Assembly: GCA_963804955.1 (NCBI GenBank)
Contig: CAWDSQ010000014.1
Span: 32,001-96,000 of the forward strand
DNA: 64,000 bases
Source of the DNA: an uncultured delta proteobacterium
GTDB taxonomy: Bacteria; Desulfobacterota; WTBG01; CAIYCZ01; CAIRTM01
Direction of reading: 5' to 3'
Part shown: piece by piece, positions 40,318-51,884 of the stretch
Position numbering within the stretch: the stretch's first letter is position 1
How the letters are laid out: each line of letters starts with the position of its first letter
Notes under the pieces: model-generated
What the model was told of the DNA's origin: nothing
Seen by the model: only the letters and a program-made list of their open reading frames with translations
Database searches by the model: none
Position numbers and translations under genes: made by a program

Positions 40318-41118
40318 TTAGCCTTGATCCTGCAGCGACATGTTTCTGCACTGTATATTGGTTATGACCCGCCTGCGCTTGTACGAGTCGTTAAACGCGC
40401 CCCCGCTCGGGCCCCATTTTGTTCCGCTCGCGGAAGTCCAGAGCGTTGTATCTGTAATGCCCCTCAGCCGCGTGCGGGTGCGCATCAACAGGCTCACCGT
40501 TACCGAGCGGATTTCGGCCAATGAATGCCCCGCAGCCACGGGATCAGTGTGCGCTGTGCCGTCGCTCATGTTGTACAAAAACTCAAGCGCCTGAACACCC
40601 TCGACAACATCCTGCGCATTAGCGCTCGTCGTCGCGTTGAAGGTCTTTTGCACCGCTGTTGTTTTTTTCACATCATTGGGAATGCCATCGAGGTTGGCGT
40701 CGTTTTTGAGGGCATAGCGTATGGTTTCAGCCACGCAGTCTGTGCAGGGAGATGAAATAATGTCACCGTCGGGCATAGTGTCGCAGCCTGCGCCCGTGCA
40801 ATCCGGCGCCCCCCGCGGCCTGCCCAGATCAGCCGTAAAGGCGATTTCACCGGGCTTTGCTATCAAAAAGCCGGCCTGGCCCTCCTTGTACACATCATAG
40901 CCTGCCATGCGCAAATCTTTTTCCAGAAAAAACTCAAACGCCCGAATATTCTGCTGCATTTCAACCAGCTGCTCCTGCAAAAAGTAGCTGCGCTGCTGCA
41001 CGCTGTACATGGCATAGGCGGCCGCTGAAACACCTCCGAAAATCCCCACGACTATTATGAGTTCAACCAGGGTAAAGCCACGGGCTCCCATTGCTGTCGG
41101 CTTTATTTTCATAGACAT
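40318..41118 (-). CDS. pilW: PilW-like minor pilin
   Basis: RG|FTLVELII, EMQQNIR, DLRMAGY, IRSVTVSLL. Confidence 0.85.
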   Translation of the reverse strand: MSMKIKPTAMGARGFTLVELIIVVGIFGGVSAAAYAMYSVQQRSYFLQEQLVEMQQNIRAFEFFLEKDLRMAGYDVYKEGQAGFLIAKPGEIAFTADLGRPRGAPDCTGAGCDTMPDGDIISSPCTDCVAETIRYALKNDANLDGIPNDVKKTTAVQKTFNATTSANAQDVVEGVQALEFLYNMSDGTAHTDPVAAGHSLAEIRSVTVSLLMRTRTRLRGITDTTLWTSASGTKWGPSGGAFNDSYKRRRVITNIQCRNMSLQDQG

Positions 41119-41146
41119 CCTTCCCGCATGATATGTATGTGCAAAG

Positions 41147-41656
41147 CTATTCAAGACACGTTATGACAGCGCCATTGCCGTCTGTGGTTCCGCACTTCTC
41201 CATAACGACATTGGCAGCCAAAGATGAAATGCCGATGCGGTAGCCCTGCTTCTTGCTATTCTGCAGATACACATACCCTCTCACATTGCCGGTCAGGCCC
41301 AGGGTATTAAAGGTAAGCTTATTTTCGGGGAAACTCAGCTTTGTGCTTCTGCCCGGAAAGCCAAACCTGATGCCGCCGTATTCTTCAGGTATGGCTACAT
41401 GTTTATTAATGCCCAGTTTATCAATGGTATATGAATCTGCAGCCACATCAAATTCAATCACAACATTTCGGTTGAACTTGATCGCCATGCTCCTGGCTTT
41501 GCGCAAACCAGAGACCATATCACGGGCCGCCCTGGTTAAATTGTACGAAGGAAGCGTTGATACTACCGTCATAGTGCCAATACCCCCCAATATGCCAATG
41601 ATGGCAACGACAATCATGAGCTCTACTAAAGTAAAACCCTTTGCTCTGTGGTGCAT
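41147..41656 (-). CDS. fimT: FimT/FimU (GspH-like) minor pilin
   Basis: KG|FTLVELMIVVAIIGIL, AARDMVSGLRKARSMA; AAGGAG RBS. Confidence 0.85.
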   Translation of the reverse strand: MHHRAKGFTLVELMIVVAIIGILGGIGTMTVVSTLPSYNLTRAARDMVSGLRKARSMAIKFNRNVVIEFDVAADSYTIDKLGINKHVAIPEEYGGIRFGFPGRSTKLSFPENKLTFNTLGLTGNVRGYVYLQNSKKQGYRIGISSLAANVVMEKCGTTDGNGAVITCLE

Positions 41657-41684
41657 TGGCAGTCTCCTTTTGGTGGAAATAAAC

Positions 41685-41726
41685 AGCACAAGGCGTGCCA
41701 CCTTGAATTAAAATTTCAAGTATTTG
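41685..41726 (-). promoter_or_regulatory. Sigma54 (-24/-12) promoter with adjacent IHF-like site
   Basis: TGGCACGCCTTGTGCT (GG-N10-GC) at 41700-41685; tttcaagtatttg at 41714-41726 is one mismatch from WATCAAN4TTR. Confidence 0.75.
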
Positions 41727-41933
41727 TTTTTGCTTGTTTTTTAAGTTTTAGAGGGGATATCTTTTTCAGTAGTGTCGGCAAAACTATAAAAAAACTTTAT
41801 AGAAATATAAATAAATATTCTATGGCATGCGGGGTTGGCACCCGGTGGGGTTCTCGAGGAAAGCGATGCTCCCTGCCTGTGAGGCGGGGCATCCTGGAGT
41901 TAAAAATTGATTTAGAACATTTTTTCTCTATTC

Positions 41934-42182
41934 TGTCATCTCGACCGCAGGGAGAGATCTTAGAGCATGTACGAAAAGCCAAAGCACCTTCTGTTTTGTC
42001 ATTCTGAGCGCAGCGAAGAATCTCGTGGTTTTAATGCATTCAGGGATCCTTCACTTCGTTCAGGATGGCAGTACATGACTTTTCATACACGCTCTCAGGC
42101 TGAATGACAACCAGGGTGTTACGATTGATGCGCAATGGAGCAACCTGCGGACTCATCCGCTTGCGGCGGATTCGAAATGACA
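41934..42182. mobile_element. TGTCAT...ATGACA REP-like element interrupted by a MITE (41962-42095) that carries another REP (41997-42070)
   Basis: Outer arms match 17872-17960; inner TIRs agagcatgtacgaaaag / cttttcatacacgctct (15 of 17 match). Confidence 0.72.
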
Positions 42183-42325
42183 ATAAGGCTGAGCCCTTTA
42201 GAAAAATGCTGCGGAACAATCCCGTGCTCCCGCACAGGAAAACTATCACTTGAGTTCTTCTGTTTCAGCCTCAGCCCGCTGCACGGTCTCTGCTTCACTG
42301 CTGCAGTGACGTCGCAGCGGGGGTG

Positions 42326-43174
42326 TCAGGCATAGCTGTGCAGGCCCGACAGCAGATAATTCACCCCGAGGAAGGTAAACAGCACGCAGACAAAACCGAC
42401 AATGGAGATGATGGCGGCGCGCCTGCCCCGCCAGTCGCGCGTGAGCCGGGCATGCAGAAAAGCCGCGTAAATGAACCAGGTGATGAGCGACCAGGTTTCC
42501 TTGGGGTCCCAGCCCCAGTAGCTGCCCCAGGCATAATTGGCCCAGACCGAGCCGGTGATGATGCCCACGGTCAGCAGCAGAAAGCCGATGGCGATGGTTT
42601 TGTAGATGATCTCGTCGATGGCCTCAAGCGACGGCATCACGTCGGTGCTCTTCACGGGCTGCTGCCCCGCGCCCTGCATGCTGCCCGCCTTGAACAGATA
42701 GACGATGCTCGAGACAAACGATACGGCAAAAGCAGAATAGCCGAGAAAGCAGGTAATCACATGATAGGTCAGCCAGTTGCTCTGCAGTGCCGGTATAAGG
42801 GGTGCTATCTCGCTTTGCACGCTCGGCGACAAAGAAGCGTAGGCCATGGCAATCGATATGATGGGAAAAACCAGGGCGCCCATGAGCTTCACCTTGTAGC
42901 GCAGCTCAATATAAAAGAAAACAATCATGGTCGTCCAGGACAGGGAAACCAGGGACTCGTAAAAATTCGCCAGCGGTATATGCCCGTAGCCGACCTGGTA
43001 GGACTCATACCAGCGAAACCCCAGGCCTGCGGTGTGCGCGGTAAAACCAAGCACCGCAAGGCCCATAAGGGCGGCATAAAACTTTTTGCCGCGGAAGAAC
43101 AGATAGGCGAAGTTGCCCGCCATGCAGAGAAGATAGACAAGCGTTGTTACGCCCAGAAGCTTTGAGCTGATCAT
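42326..43174 (-). CDS. resC: Cytochrome c biogenesis system II heme-handling subunit (ResC/CcsA)
   Basis: WANYAWGSYWGWDPKETWSLITW, PALQSNWL..H, GLHSYA. Confidence 0.95.
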   Translation of the reverse strand: MISSKLLGVTTLVYLLCMAGNFAYLFFRGKKFYAALMGLAVLGFTAHTAGLGFRWYESYQVGYGHIPLANFYESLVSLSWTTMIVFFYIELRYKVKLMGALVFPIISIAMAYASLSPSVQSEIAPLIPALQSNWLTYHVITCFLGYSAFAVSFVSSIVYLFKAGSMQGAGQQPVKSTDVMPSLEAIDEIIYKTIAIGFLLLTVGIITGSVWANYAWGSYWGWDPKETWSLITWFIYAAFLHARLTRDWRGRRAAIISIVGFVCVLFTFLGVNYLLSGLHSYA

Positions 43175-44554
43175 GACTGTTTCTCCAGAGATTTAAGCTG
43201 TTCAAAAAGCCTGTTTAATTCCGCAGCGAAAGCCTGCCGGTTTTTGCTGGCGCTGCCGGCAAGCTGGCACCGCATCCCGCCGTCTTTTTCTTCAAGCACC
43301 AGATACACCCTGCGGTGGGACATAAAAAACGCCATGCAGATGCCCGAGATCAGAAAAACGCACCCGAGCCACACCACATTGACGCCCGGGTCGCGGGTGA
43401 CCTGCAGGCCCGTATAATAGCTCGTGTACAGCTGGACAAGCTTCACCTCGTAGGCGGCGTTCTGATTGCGGTGAAAGTCGGGAAATTTCACGAACGTCCA
43501 CGAGCTTTCGAGCTCTTTGCCGCTGCGGAAAATGACCACGCGGGCCGCGGGGTTGTTGGGCTCGTCGGAGCGGGAAAAATATTTGCCGTTATCCATGGCG
43601 AAATCGGCAAGCACGGTATCGACGACGGCCTCGTCCTGGGTGCCCGCAAGGGCAAAGCGCTGCCCCGGCCGCACGCGGTACTCGCGGTCCTGCTGAGCCC
43701 CGGCGGGCCTGATTCGCACGAGCAGCTCGCCGCCTGCGGCCGCGGTCGTTCCGTAGCTTGACTGGTAGAAGAAAACCCCTTTGTAGATGAGCGGGTCATT
43801 GACCTCGATAACCTTTTTCAGCACTTCTTTTCCGCCATCGATAACGGTCAGCCAGCTTTTATAATCTTTGGGCATGCCGCCCTTGTCATAGTAGCTCACC
43901 TCGAACCGGTCGCAGCGCAGGGCAAAACCGAGCTCATGCTCCTGCGTGGTATTTTTCAGCGTCACCGTACCCTGCGTTTCTCCCTCATTCAGTTTCATGA
44001 ATCCCTGATAGCCGATGGTGCCCAGCAGCACGCCCGCAATGACGGTAATCATGCCGATATGGGTCAAATAGAACCCCAGGTATGACAGGCGCCCCTTTTC
44101 AGCAACGATATAGGTTTTGCCGTCCTGCCGGGTAACGGCCGGCGCGGCCAGAAACTGCCCCACGGCTTTTGCCAGAGCATCGGACAGGCCGGGCGAGGCC
44201 TTTTTTATATTGAACTTTTTCACCGTGGCCATGGCCTGCAGCTGCTGCTCGGTCGGGGCCTTCGGCGGCTGCTGCAGAAGCCGGCGCAACCCGGAAAGCC
44301 GGTTGAGCGAACAGGCCGCAAGGTTGAGCGTAAAAAGACCCAGGGCAACCATGAACCACCAGCAGTGATACATGTCGGTGAAGCCCCATGGCTTTCAGCA
44401 GCCCGTAGGTCGACGGGCTGTACAGGCGCTGGTAGTCCTGCTCGGCGGCATTCTGCGGCACGACGGTACCAATGACGCAGACGGCCGAGAGCACGATGAG
44501 CAGCACTATGGTCAGCCGTAAGGATATGAACAGCTTCCAGACTTTTTTCAGCAT
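43171..44554 (-). CDS. resB: Cytochrome c biogenesis system II subunit ResB; frameshift near 44385
   Basis: SLRLTIVLL..IGTVVPQ, MYHCWWF, IEVNDPL..YQSSYG, YTGLQVTRDPGV. Confidence 0.9.
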
Positions 44555-44787
44555 ACCAATCACCGCTTGAATTAATTACATACATTCAAAAACAAATTCA
44601 GTTTTTGAAGGGCTTGCACCACGTCAGGTCGCAAAACTAGCAAAAGAGCGCCGCATTTGCAATGAAATTATATAATAATTACTTAAAAAATATTGACAAA
44701 AGGTGCAGGTTTTTGTTAAAGTTTTTCAAAAAAAACCGATAAAGTATATGAAAACAACGTATAAAATTCCTATAAACGGAGCCACAC

Positions 44788-45306
44788 TTGAAAAAAGTAC
44801 TTCTTTACGTCATACTCGGTCTTGTCCTGTTCGGTCTACCGTTCATAGCCTACACATCAGAGGAGTACAACGGCGCCAGCAAATGCAAGGTCTGCCATAT
44901 TAAAATCTTCAAATCATGGCAGGAAACCCCCCATGCCAAAGCCATGGACAGCCTGAAGCCCGGAGCTGCGGCCGAAGCCAAAAAGAAGGCAAAACTTGAT
45001 CCTGCTAAAGATTATTCAAATGACCCGGCATGCATTCAGTGCCACACCACCGGCAACAACCCGGCTTTTGCAGGCATACAGTGCGAAGCCTGCCACGGCC
45101 CCGGCGTAAAATATTCCGCCATCAGCATCATGAACAAAAGCAAGTGGAAAGAAAACCCCGATGCGCAGCGCAAGCTTGCCATAGAAGCAGGCCTCGTGAT
45201 ACAGCCCGAGGAGAAAAACTGCACAGCCTGCCACAATGAAAAAAGCCCGACCTTCAAGCCCTTCGACTTCAAGGCGCGCTATGAATTGATCAAACATCCC
45301 AAGTAA
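44788..45306 (+). CDS. Periplasmic tetraheme cytochrome c (c554-like)
   Basis: Four CxxCH motifs (CKVCH, CIQCH, CEACHGPG, CTACH); signal peptide; TTG start after GGAG. Confidence 0.9.
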   Translation: MKKVLLYVILGLVLFGLPFIAYTSEEYNGASKCKVCHIKIFKSWQETPHAKAMDSLKPGAAAEAKKKAKLDPAKDYSNDPACIQCHTTGNNPAFAGIQCEACHGPGVKYSAISIMNKSKWKENPDAQRKLAIEAGLVIQPEEKNCTACHNEKSPTFKPFDFKARYELIKHPK

Positions 45307-45332
45307 CTTTTGGGCTTGTACTGCAGCCATTG

Positions 45333-45362
45333 AGGCCTGCCCGAAAAAGGCAGGCCTTTTTT
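45333..45362 (+). terminator. Rho-independent terminator
   Basis: aggcctgcc-cgaaaaa-ggcaggcct followed by a T run. Confidence 0.8.
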
Positions 45363-45471
45363 ATTGCCGGCCTGCAGCAGCACCTGTCGCATGCATTGAC
45401 ACTGCCGAAGATTTCACGCTATACTGGCTTGCAAACTTTAAAAGTACACCTCATCTCAGGCACATAGAGCA

Positions 45472-46059
45472 ATGCACGACAGGCTAGACAAGCAGCTGGC
45501 TTTCCTGCTGGAAATAGATCGGCTCAAAGAGGTGCTGCGCCAGTCCTATATCTGCCGGGGGCTGCGCAGGGAAAACTCCTCCGAGCACAGCTGGCATCTT
45601 GCCGTCATGGCCCTGGTGCTGGCCGAGCATGCCCGTGATGCCGTCGATATCATGCGCGTGGTGAAAATGACGCTGGTGCATGACCTGGTTGAAATAGATG
45701 CCGGCGACACCTTCTGCTATGACGATGCGGGAAATGCGGACAAGGCGGCCCGCGAGGCAGCAGCTGCCGATCGCATTTTTAGTCTCCTGCCCGATGATCA
45801 GGGCTGCGAGCTGCGCAGCCTGTGGGAGGAATTCGAAGAGCGTGCAACCCCCGAAGCGCGCTTTGCCGCCTCCCTTGACCGCCTCATGCCCCTTCTTCAC
45901 AACTACTCCAGCAGGGGTAAAACCTGGCAGGAGCACGGCGTTGCGGCAGCGCACGTGCTGGAGCGCAACCGGCATATCGAGGACGGCTCAGCGCAGCTGT
46001 GGGCCATTGCCAAATCGCTCATCGAAGACGCCATTGAAAAAGGGTGGCTGAAAAAATGA
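45472..46059 (+). CDS. HD-domain phosphohydrolase (HD_3)
   Basis: [27 protein letters not shown]. Confidence 0.9.
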   Translation: MHDRLDKQLAFLLEIDRLKEVLRQSYICRGLRRENSSEHSWHLAVMALVLAEHARDAVDIMRVVKMTLVHDLVEIDAGDTFCYDDAGNADKAAREAAAADRIFSLLPDDQGCELRSLWEEFEERATPEARFAASLDRLMPLLHNYSSRGKTWQEHGVAAAHVLERNRHIEDGSAQLWAIAKSLIEDAIEKGWLKK

Positions 46060-46730
46060 TCACCGACACTGAGCACCTTACCCTCGAGCATACGCCACCG
46101 GTATACACCCTCTGCCTGAAAAACGGCGGGGCGTGCTCGCTTTCGTTTATTGCCGGTTTAAACGCTGCCCTTGACGATGTCGAGTCATCGACGGGGCCGG
46201 CATGCCTTATCATCTCCGGAGACGGCAAATCATTTTCAACAGGATTTCAGCTGGAGGACTTTTTCAGCGGAAATGCCGGGCTGCGCCAGGCCATGCTCAG
46301 CCGGTCGATTAAACTGCTGGGCCGCGTGGCCTGCCTGCCCGTGCCGACTGCGGCGGCCATAAACGGCCATGCCTTCGGCTTCGGGGCACTGCTTGCCCTG
46401 GCCTGCGACCGGCGCATCATGCGCAGCGACCGGGGCTTTTTCTGCCTGCCGGAGCTCGACCTGCAGGTTGCCATCCCCCGGCCCATGATGGAGCTGCTGA
46501 AGCTCAAACTGCGCCACAATGTGCTGTGCGACCTTGTTTTTTCCGGCAGGCGCATCGGCGGCCAGGAAGCCTTCGGGCTGGGCATTGTGGATGCAGCATG
46601 CCCGCTGGCCGAACTTATGGCACAGGCACAAAATATGGTGCAGCCGCTTGCGGCAAAAGACCGCGCCACCCTCGGGGCCATGAAGCGCGAGCTGTACCGG
46701 CAGTTTCTGGATACTGTACCGCTTGATTGA
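46056..46730 (+). CDS. Enoyl-CoA hydratase/isomerase family protein
   Basis: [34 protein letters not shown]. Confidence 0.88.
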   Translation: MITDTEHLTLEHTPPVYTLCLKNGGACSLSFIAGLNAALDDVESSTGPACLIISGDGKSFSTGFQLEDFFSGNAGLRQAMLSRSIKLLGRVACLPVPTAAAINGHAFGFGALLALACDRRIMRSDRGFFCLPELDLQVAIPRPMMELLKLKLRHNVLCDLVFSGRRIGGQEAFGLGIVDAACPLAELMAQAQNMVQPLAAKDRATLGAMKRELYRQFLDTVPLD

Positions 46731-47265
46731 TATGCCGACAGTGCGCACCATTTCACTTATGCCGTTTGAGGCTTCCGCTGCCACGCAGCCTTTCTTGTGC
46801 AGCACGAGCATACAGCTGCAGGACAGGATACTGGCGCTTGTGTACACTGTTTCCGGCCCGCTGAAGGACCTCATCATCCCTGCGGCAGCAGCTTCACCCG
46901 GCTTCACCCCTGACCTCTGGCAGGGCACCTGTTGTGAATGTTTCCTGCGGCGGTATGCCATGAAAAACTACACGGAATGGAATTTTTCACCCTGCGGCAG
47001 CTGGTGGGCATGCGCCTTTGATGATTACCGGGCCCCTGCCCGGCGGCAGCCAGAGGATATGCAGCCTCGGCAGCTCGACATACAGCGCACGGACTCTCTT
47101 TTGACCCTCACCGCGGCACTGGCCTGCCAGGCTGCGCACGGGCTGCGCATCGGCCCGGCGCTGATACTTCAGCATGCAGACGGCAGCCGCTCGCACTGGG
47201 CCATGGACCACCCGGGCGGCAGGCCTGATTTCCATCGCGCAGAGATCTGCGCATGTGTCGTGTGA
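46723..47265 (+). CDS. DOMON-like domain protein
   Basis: DLWQGTCCECF, YTEWNFSPCG.W..FDDYR, HWAMDHPGGRPDFH; start uncertain. Confidence 0.75.
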   Translation: MIDMPTVRTISLMPFEASAATQPFLCSTSIQLQDRILALVYTVSGPLKDLIIPAAAASPGFTPDLWQGTCCECFLRRYAMKNYTEWNFSPCGSWWACAFDDYRAPARRQPEDMQPRQLDIQRTDSLLTLTAALACQAAHGLRIGPALILQHADGSRSHWAMDHPGGRPDFHRAEICACVV

Positions 47266-47299
47266 ACAACCAATCAGATCTTCCCCGGAGGACAGCACT

Positions 47300-48143
47300 A
47301 TGAAAAAAGCCCTGAAAGCCTATAAAAACCCCGAATTTCTCGGCAGCCCCGAGGCGCGCACCATCCGCATGCTTGCCGAATACCTGGAGCCTGAAAGCCG
47401 CCTCAGGAAATTCAATATAGAAGACACCATTGTCTTTTTCGGCTCAGCACGCATCAAGCCGCCGGCAGACGCCAGGGCCTGCCGTGATGAACTGCGACAG
47501 AAAATAAGCCGGGGGGGCATCGGGCTCGATGCCGACCTGGTGCGGGCCGAACAGGGCATAATCATGTCAAAATATTATGATGATGCCGTGCGGCTTGCCC
47601 GCATGATAACTGTTTGGTCAAAGGATCTGCATAATGAAAAAACGCGTTGCAGCCGCCGGTTCATCATCTGCTCGGGCGGCGGGCCCGGCATCATGGAGGC
47701 TGCCAACCGCGGTGCTTCCGAGGCCGGCGGCTACTCCATCGGCATGAACATCAGCCTGCCCTATGAGCAGGAGCCCAATGCCTATATCTCCCGTGAGCTC
47801 ATGTTCGAGTTCCACTACTTCTTCGTGCGCAAGTTCTGGCTGGCCTATATGGCAAAAGCGCTTATCATCTTTCCGGGCGGCTTCGGCACCCTGGATGAAA
47901 TGCTGGAGATTCTCACGCTGCTGCAGACGGGCAAAATCACCAAGCGCATGCCCATCATCATCTACGGCAGCCCGTACTGGAAGGAGGTGCTCAATTTCGA
48001 GGCCATGGTAAAATGGGGCATGATCAGCCCCGAAGACCTCGAGCCTGTTCAGCTTCTGCGACACGCCGGAAGATGCCTTTGCCTGTCTCAAAGCAGCCCT
48101 GGAGCCCCTGTGCGCCGAGACGCCGCCGCAGGAGCAGTCTTGA
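47300..48143 (+). CDS. LOG family (TIGR00730) nucleotide-binding protein; frameshift near 48043
   Basis: GGGPGIMEAANRGA, FHYFFVRKF, PGGFGTLDE; expected C-terminus LFSFCDTPEDAF in the adjacent frame ends at TGA 48143. Confidence 0.88.
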
Positions 48144-48167
48144 CAAACGGATTATTATGAATATAAT
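48140..48167 (+). promoter_or_regulatory. Consensus sigma70 promoter for pckG
   Basis: TTGACA-16 nt-TATAAT, both boxes perfect. Confidence 0.8.
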
Positions 48168-48217
48168 ACGCTGGCCCCAAAAGACGGCAAAACCAACAAA
48201 GGCAGAAAGGTGCTGAT

Positions 48218-50014
48218 ATGAGAGTCGAGGATCTGAAAAACAAAAAGCTCAAGGCATGGATTGAAGAAGTGGCGGCCCTGTGCCGGCCCGATACAATTGA
48301 AATCTGCGACGGCTCGCAGCAGGAATACGACCGCCTGTGCGACCTGATGGTGCAGAGCGGCACATTTTCAAAACTCAACGACGCCAGGCGGCCCGGCAGC
48401 TATATCTGCTTCTCCGATCCCGGCGATGTGGCGCGCGTTGAGGACCGCACCTATATCTGCTCGAAAAACAAGGAGGACGCAGGACCCAACAACAACTGGC
48501 GCGATCCCGATGAAACCAGAAACCTGCTGAAGGGCCTGTACAAAGGGTGCATGCAGGGCCGCACCATGTACGTTATTCCGTTCTGCATGGGCCCCCTCGG
48601 TTCAAACATCTCCTATATCGGCGTTGAACTTACCGACTCGCCCTATGTTGTGGTCAATATGCGCATCATGACCCGCATGGGCCGCGCGGTGCTGGATCAG
48701 CTCGGAGACGGCGACTTCATCCCCTGCCTGCATTCGGTCGGAGCGCCCCTTGCGCCGGGACAGAAGGACGTTGCCTGGCCCTGCAACCCGGACAACAAAT
48801 ATATCGTCCATTTCCCCGAAGAGCGCAGCATCTGGTCTTACGGCTCAGGCTATGGCGGCAATGCGCTGCTGGGAAAAAAATGCTTCGCCCTGCGCATCGC
48901 CTCCATCATGGCCCGCGACGAGGGCTGGCTTGCCGAGCACATGCTCATCATGGGCCTCACCTCGCCCGAAGGCGAAACGAAATATATCGCGGCGGCTTTC
49001 CCCAGCGCCTGCGGCAAGACCAACCTCGCCATGCTCATTCCGCCGATTCCGGGCTGGAAAGTGACCTGCGTGGGCGACGACATCGCCTGGATGAAATTCG
49101 GGGCCGACGGCAGGCTCTATGCCGTGAACCCCGAGGCGGGGTTTTTCGGCGTGGCGCCCGGCACATCCATGGAGTCGAACAAAAACGCCATGCTCACGAT
49201 CACCAAAAACTCCATATTCACCAATGTGGCCCTGACGCCCGATGGTGATGTATGGTGGGAGGAGATGACCGACGAGCAGCCCGCGCAGCTCACCAGCTGG
49301 ACCAAAGAGCCATGGACGCCCGGCTGCGGCAAAAACGCTGCGCATCCCAATGCCCGCTTCACAGCGCCCATTGCCCAGTGCCCCATCTTCGACCCCGCCT
49401 GGGACGACCCGAAGGGCGTGCCCATCTCGGCCATACTGTTCGGCGGCCGCCGCTCCCAGGTGGTGCCCCTGGTAACCGAAGCGCGCAGCTGGACAGAAGG
49501 CGTATTTTTGGGCTCAATCATGGCTTCGGAAAAAACCGCTGCGGCGGCAGGCAAAGTCGGCGACCTGCGGCGCGACCCGTTCGCCATGCTGCCCTTCTGC
49601 GGCTATAATATGGGCGACTACTTTGCCAACTGGCTGAAAGCGGGCCAGCGCACCGGCGCCAAGCTTCCGAAAATATTTTATGTGAACTGGTTCCGCAAAG
49701 ACGACCGGGGCAAATTCCTCTGGCCCGGCTACGGCGAAAACTGCCGCGTGCTCAAATGGATATGTGAGCGCGTCAGCGGCACGGCCGCCGCCGTGGAATC
49801 AGCCATCGGCCTGCACCCGGCCAAAGACGCCATCCAGACGCAGGGCCTTGGCATTGCAGAGGATGCCATGGATGAGCTGCTGCGGGTTGACGCGGCCGAG
49901 TGGAAGGCCGAAATCCCGAGCATTACCGAGCATTTTAATCAGTTCGGCAGCCGCCTCCCGAAAGAGCTGTGGGATGAGCTGAAAGCGCTTGAAGAGCGGC
50001 TGGGCAAGGCGTAA
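48218..50014 (+). CDS. pckG: Phosphoenolpyruvate carboxykinase (GTP)
   Basis: [49 protein letters not shown]. Confidence 0.98.
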   Translation: MRVEDLKNKKLKAWIEEVAALCRPDTIEICDGSQQEYDRLCDLMVQSGTFSKLNDARRPGSYICFSDPGDVARVEDRTYICSKNKEDAGPNNNWRDPDETRNLLKGLYKGCMQGRTMYVIPFCMGPLGSNISYIGVELTDSPYVVVNMRIMTRMGRAVLDQLGDGDFIPCLHSVGAPLAPGQKDVAWPCNPDNKYIVHFPEERSIWSYGSGYGGNALLGKKCFALRIASIMARDEGWLAEHMLIMGLTSPEGETKYIAAAFPSACGKTNLAMLIPPIPGWKVTCVGDDIAWMKFGADGRLYAVNPEAGFFGVAPGTSMESNKNAMLTITKNSIFTNVALTPDGDVWWEEMTDEQPAQLTSWTKEPWTPGCGKNAAHPNARFTAPIAQCPIFDPAWDDPKGVPISAILFGGRRSQVVPLVTEARSWTEGVFLGSIMASEKTAAAAGKVGDLRRDPFAMLPFCGYNMGDYFANWLKAGQRTGAKLPKIFYVNWFRKDDRGKFLWPGYGENCRVLKWICERVSGTAAAVESAIGLHPAKDAIQTQGLGIAEDAMDELLRVDAAEWKAEIPSITEHFNQFGSRLPKELWDELKALEERLGKA

Positions 50015-50035
50015 ACACAAGAGCTATACAAACAG

Positions 50036-50073
50036 AAGCGGGAGCAGCCGTTACGGTTGCCCCCGCTTTTTTG
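50036..50073 (+). terminator. Rho-independent terminator after pckG
   Basis: aagcggg.gcagccg-tta-cggttgc.cccgctttttt. Confidence 0.7.
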
Positions 50074-50088
50074 TCTCAGCACAACAGA

Positions 50089-51648
50089 TCATGCAACAAA
50101 CCGCTCAAGAGCTGCGGGGATACGCTCGATGATATCGCTTGCAAGAATGCCAAGCGCGCCGCGCTCGGCGTGCTATGTCATCGCCGATCTGCCATGGACA
50201 TACACGGCAAGCAGCGATGCTTTCAGCGGATCGATGCCCTGGGCGATAAGGCCGGTGATCAGGCCGGTGAGCGCATCGCCCATGCCGCCGCTTGCCATGC
50301 CGGGATTGCCGGTGGGATTTACATAGACGCTGCCGTCGGGGGCTGCTATGACCGTGCGGCTGCCTTTGAGAACCACTATCACTTTATACTGCTGAGCAAA
50401 CTCCCGCGCGCAGCCGATGCGGTCTGCCTGAACCTGCTGAGTTGTCAGGCCCGTAAGCCGCGCCATTTCGCCCGGATGCGGGGTGAGCACGGCAGGAACC
50501 TTTAACCTGCCGAGCATCCCCGATATTGCGTGCCAGCAGGTTCAGGCCGTCGGCATCAATGACAAGCGGCGCCGGCGAAGCCTCAATGAATCCAGTTCAT
50601 CAAGACCGAGGTTTCCTTATGGTCGCCCATGCCCGGCCCGATGGCCACAACGCTTTTACCCTGCAAAAGTCTGGTAATTCCGGGCAAAGCCAGGGCGCCG
50701 AGAAAACCGCCAGACTCTTCGGGCAGCGGCTTCGGTCATGGGCTCGGTAAGCTTTGCTTCAAGGATCGGAGTTGAGCGATGCGGGCACGCCCACGGTCAC
50801 CAGACCCGCCCCTGCACGCATGGCTGCCTGCGCACACAGGGCTGCAGCGCCGGTCTTGCCCGGCGAGCCTGCAAGAATGAGACGCGTGGCCATAGGTGCC
50901 CTTATGCGAATCAGGCTCGCGGGCGGGCACAATGCCAGCCAGCATGGCCGCATCAAGCAGATACTCATTGATATTACTTGATTCTACAAGCTCTGAAGGA
51001 ATTCCTATATCGATAACTTCGAAGCGGCCTGCATACTCGGACGCCGGGATGGACAACAAGGCCTTTCTTGGCAAGACCGAAGGTGCAGGTAAGGTGCGCC
51101 TTCACTGCTGCGCCAAGGACTGCGCCCGTTGTTGCATCGATGCCTGAGGGGATGTCAACGGCAACAACCATTGCTCCTGACGCGGCATTAATGCTCTCAA
51201 TTGCGCTGCGGTACAAACCCCGCACCTCAGATGAAAGCCCTGTGCCGAGCAGCCCGTCAATGATAATGCCTGCCTGCTGTATGTCCGGTGCAGCCTGCCG
51301 CCACTGTTCCTCATCGGTGACTTGAATGATTCGGCCTCCTGAATCTTTGAAAGCTTCAAGGTTGATCAGCGCATCGCCTGCGACCTTGCCTGGATCGGCA
51401 AAAAGAAAAGCTGTGACGCAGGCGCCGTCATTATGAAAGCAACGGGCTATCACGAATCCGTCGCCGCCGTTGTTGCCGCGGCCGCACAGCACGGCAACTG
51501 GCCGGCCCGCAGCATCCGGCACCGTTTCAACTATTTTTTCATATGTGCCGCGTCCGGCATTTTCCATAAGCACTGCGCCGGGTATGCCGATATCATTGAT
51601 GGTTGCGCGGTCAAGCTCCTGCATCTGCCGTGCGCTGACAATCTTCAT
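50089..51648 (-). CDS. nnr: Bifunctional NAD(P)HX epimerase/dehydratase (YjeF), several frameshifts
   Basis: LMENAG, GRGNNGGDG, AVDIPSG, DSHKGTYG, LTPHPGEMARL, GNPGMASGGMGD across fragments. Confidence 0.88.
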
Positions 51649-51747
51649 GGCATGAATCTCGCTGTTTAGTGGCTGAGTAAAAATCCCGTACCATACATTT
51701 GTCGGGTTCGCCCTATATGGATACTTCTTCGCAAACATTTGCTGTGC

Positions 51748-51804
51748 GCAGGTTGGGTTGAGGTGCGATACCCAACGGTTTCTTCCGGGCTTAACCCAAC
51801 CTGC
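51748..51804. repeat. REP-like palindrome (GYAGGTTGGGTT...AACCCAACCTRC)
   Basis: gcaggttgggtt...aacccaacctgc inverted arms. Confidence 0.7.
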
Positions 51805-51884
51805 ATAAAAAAGGCTTTTCGTGCAGGCGCTATTAATAGAGTGCTTTAAATTTCCTGCAGGATCGGCCCGTTGCAGCCGGCAGG

